Positions 7,400 to 8,538 of a DNA stretch of 8,538 nucleotides are shown one piece after another. Origin of the DNA: Octopus sinensis (lineage: Eukaryota); the NCBI RefSeq assembly GCF_006345805.1, contig NW_021828403.1, forward strand, positions 1-8,538. The letters are read 5' to 3'. The notes beneath the pieces are model-generated. The model saw only the letters and a program-made list of their open reading frames with translations. It searched no databases and was not told where the DNA came from. The first letter of the stretch is position 1. Each line of letters starts with the position of its first letter. The position numbers and the translations under genes are program-made.

Positions 7400-7548
7400 T
7401 CTGTATATATTAGAAACCATTGTTCTTTTGCTATCGTTGTTTCATTTATCGTTTCTGTTTGTGCAATTGTATTTTTGGCATCAATCAAGGACTCATAACG
7501 TACACAAAATGGATTACAAAAACACAAACGCATACAAAGGAAGGGAAT

Positions 7549-7596
7549 TTACGAAAAATAGCGTTGCTTGAAACTGCACCAATTCTCCGAAGAGTT
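7549..7596 (+). pseudogene. Possible relic of the C-terminus of a restriction-like-endonuclease (R4/NeSL-type) non-LTR retrotransposon ORF
   Basis: LRKIALLETAPILRRV resembles the terminal motif (L/I)QK.ALLGTA.ILR.VL. Short, and the upstream sequence is not convincingly homologous. Confidence 0.3.
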
Positions 7597-7701
7597 CCAG
7601 AAATCTCAATGAAGAATTTTACCTTTCTCCAAACTTTTTCGACAGCTAACACTTTCTTACAATACACCATTTCCCGCAGCGAAGGTATTGTGCTAAGCAA
7701 G

Positions 7702-7947
7702 TCTTTTGCTCTTTTACTCTTTTACTTGTTTCGGTCATTTGACTGTGGCCATGCTGGAGCACCGCCTTTAGTCGAGCAAATCAACCCCAAGACTTATTCT
7801 TTGTAAGCCTAGTACTTATTCTATCGGTCTCTATTGCCGAACCTTTAAGTTACGGGGGACGTAAACACACCAGCATCGGTTGTCAAGTGATGTTGGGGGG
7901 ACAAACACAGAAAGACAAACATACACACACACACACACACACACACC
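7702..7947 (-). mobile_element. SINE 3' module with (GAGTAAAA)-type tail and (TG)n remnant, headless
   Basis: Reverse complement is colinear with 560-790; the tail TCTTTTRC is repeated three times at 7702-7725. Confidence 0.92.
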
Positions 7948-7980
7948 TTAAAATTTTAACTTGCAAGAATTTAGATTATG

Positions 7981-8113
7981 AAAAAGAGACCAATAGAATA
8001 AGTAATAGGCTTACAAAGAATAAGTCCTGGGGTCAATTTGCTCGACTAAAGACGGTCGGTTCTCCAGCATGGCCGCAGTCAAAATGACTGAAACAAATAA
8101 ACGAATAAAAGAA
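7981..8113 (+). mobile_element. Terminal ~130 bp of the SINE 3' module
   Basis: AAAAGAGACCAATAGAATAAGTAATAGGCTTACAAAGAATAAGTCCTGGGGTC...CAGCATGGCCGCAGTCAAAATGACTGAAAC matches 663-790. Confidence 0.92.
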
Positions 8114-8133
8114 TATATATATATATATATATA

Positions 8134-8342
8134 AAGGGAAAGTTAACGAAAATAAACAAAAGACGAAGGCAGGTGGAGTACAAACAAACAAATGTATTAG
8201 TATAGCGCTCAGGAATAGAAATAGAAAAAATCTTTTACGTTTCGAGCCTACGCTCTTCGGCAGAAAGATACTCAGAAAAAAAAAAAAAACAAGGAGAGAA
8301 AAAAATGCTTGTAGGAGCTAACGATCTATCATGGCGTCCTGA
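8134..8342 (-). mobile_element. ~210-bp non-autonomous hammerhead-bearing element, copy C
   Basis: Colinear with 3090-3287; flanked by (TA)n at 8113-8133 and ATATATA at 8342 onward. Confidence 0.75.
8230..8269 (-). ncRNA. Minimal type I hammerhead-ribozyme-like motif (core variant CUGCCGA), best-formed copy
   Basis: Minus strand: ATCTTT-CTGCCGA-A-GAGC(GTAG)GCTC-GAA-ACGT-A-AAAGAT. 6-bp stem I, 4-bp stem II, ACGT palindrome, GUA cleavage triplet. Confidence 0.68.
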
Positions 8343-8507
8343 TATATATATACATACACACACATACGTTGTTAACGAACAAGGAAAACCTACTCGTAAG
8401 GTTATTATTAAACAGGTACCTTTGTACGTACATGCGTGTACGTACACTTTGTAAGTGCATGCGTGTATGTATATGTCTGTGTGTCCAAATACTCATACTC
8501 GCACACA

Positions 8508-8533
8508 GAGGAGAGAGAGAGAGAGAGAGAGAA
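8508..8533. repeat. (GA)n microsatellite
   Basis: Directly visible. Confidence 0.95.
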
Positions 8534-8538
8534 AATGA

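Noticed and set aside
7420-7806. 128-aa ORF as a host gene
   Set aside because: It runs from AT-rich unique DNA into the antisense of a SINE; only a 16-aa stretch has any motif resemblance (reported at low confidence).

Overview
AT-rich, microsatellite-saturated non-coding eukaryotic DNA (intronic or intergenic). The tRNA-derived SINEs look like those of Octopus (coleoid cephalopod); this is recognition from memory, not a database result. No host gene exon can be supported, and nearly all ORFs in the track are translations of microsatellites. The window contains one full CORE-like SINE, five further copies or fragments of its 3' module, a second SINE body, a 5'-truncated RTE-clade LINE with a perfect 12-bp target-site duplication, two probable DNA-transposon/MITE remnants and a 92-bp spacerless palindrome. 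The most interesting signal is three short elements abutting (TA)n tracts (3090-3287 -, ~4555-5021 +, 8134-8342 -). Each carries a minimal type I hammerhead-ribozyme fold of the Penelope-like-element kind: covarying stem I, GAGC/GCTC stem II, palindromic ACGT stem III, and a variant catalytic core (A6C or U4C plus an extra A). A 19-bp terminal stub of the same family sits at 1419-1437. Together these suggest a non-autonomous, ribozyme-bearing, (TA)n-targeting retroelement family.
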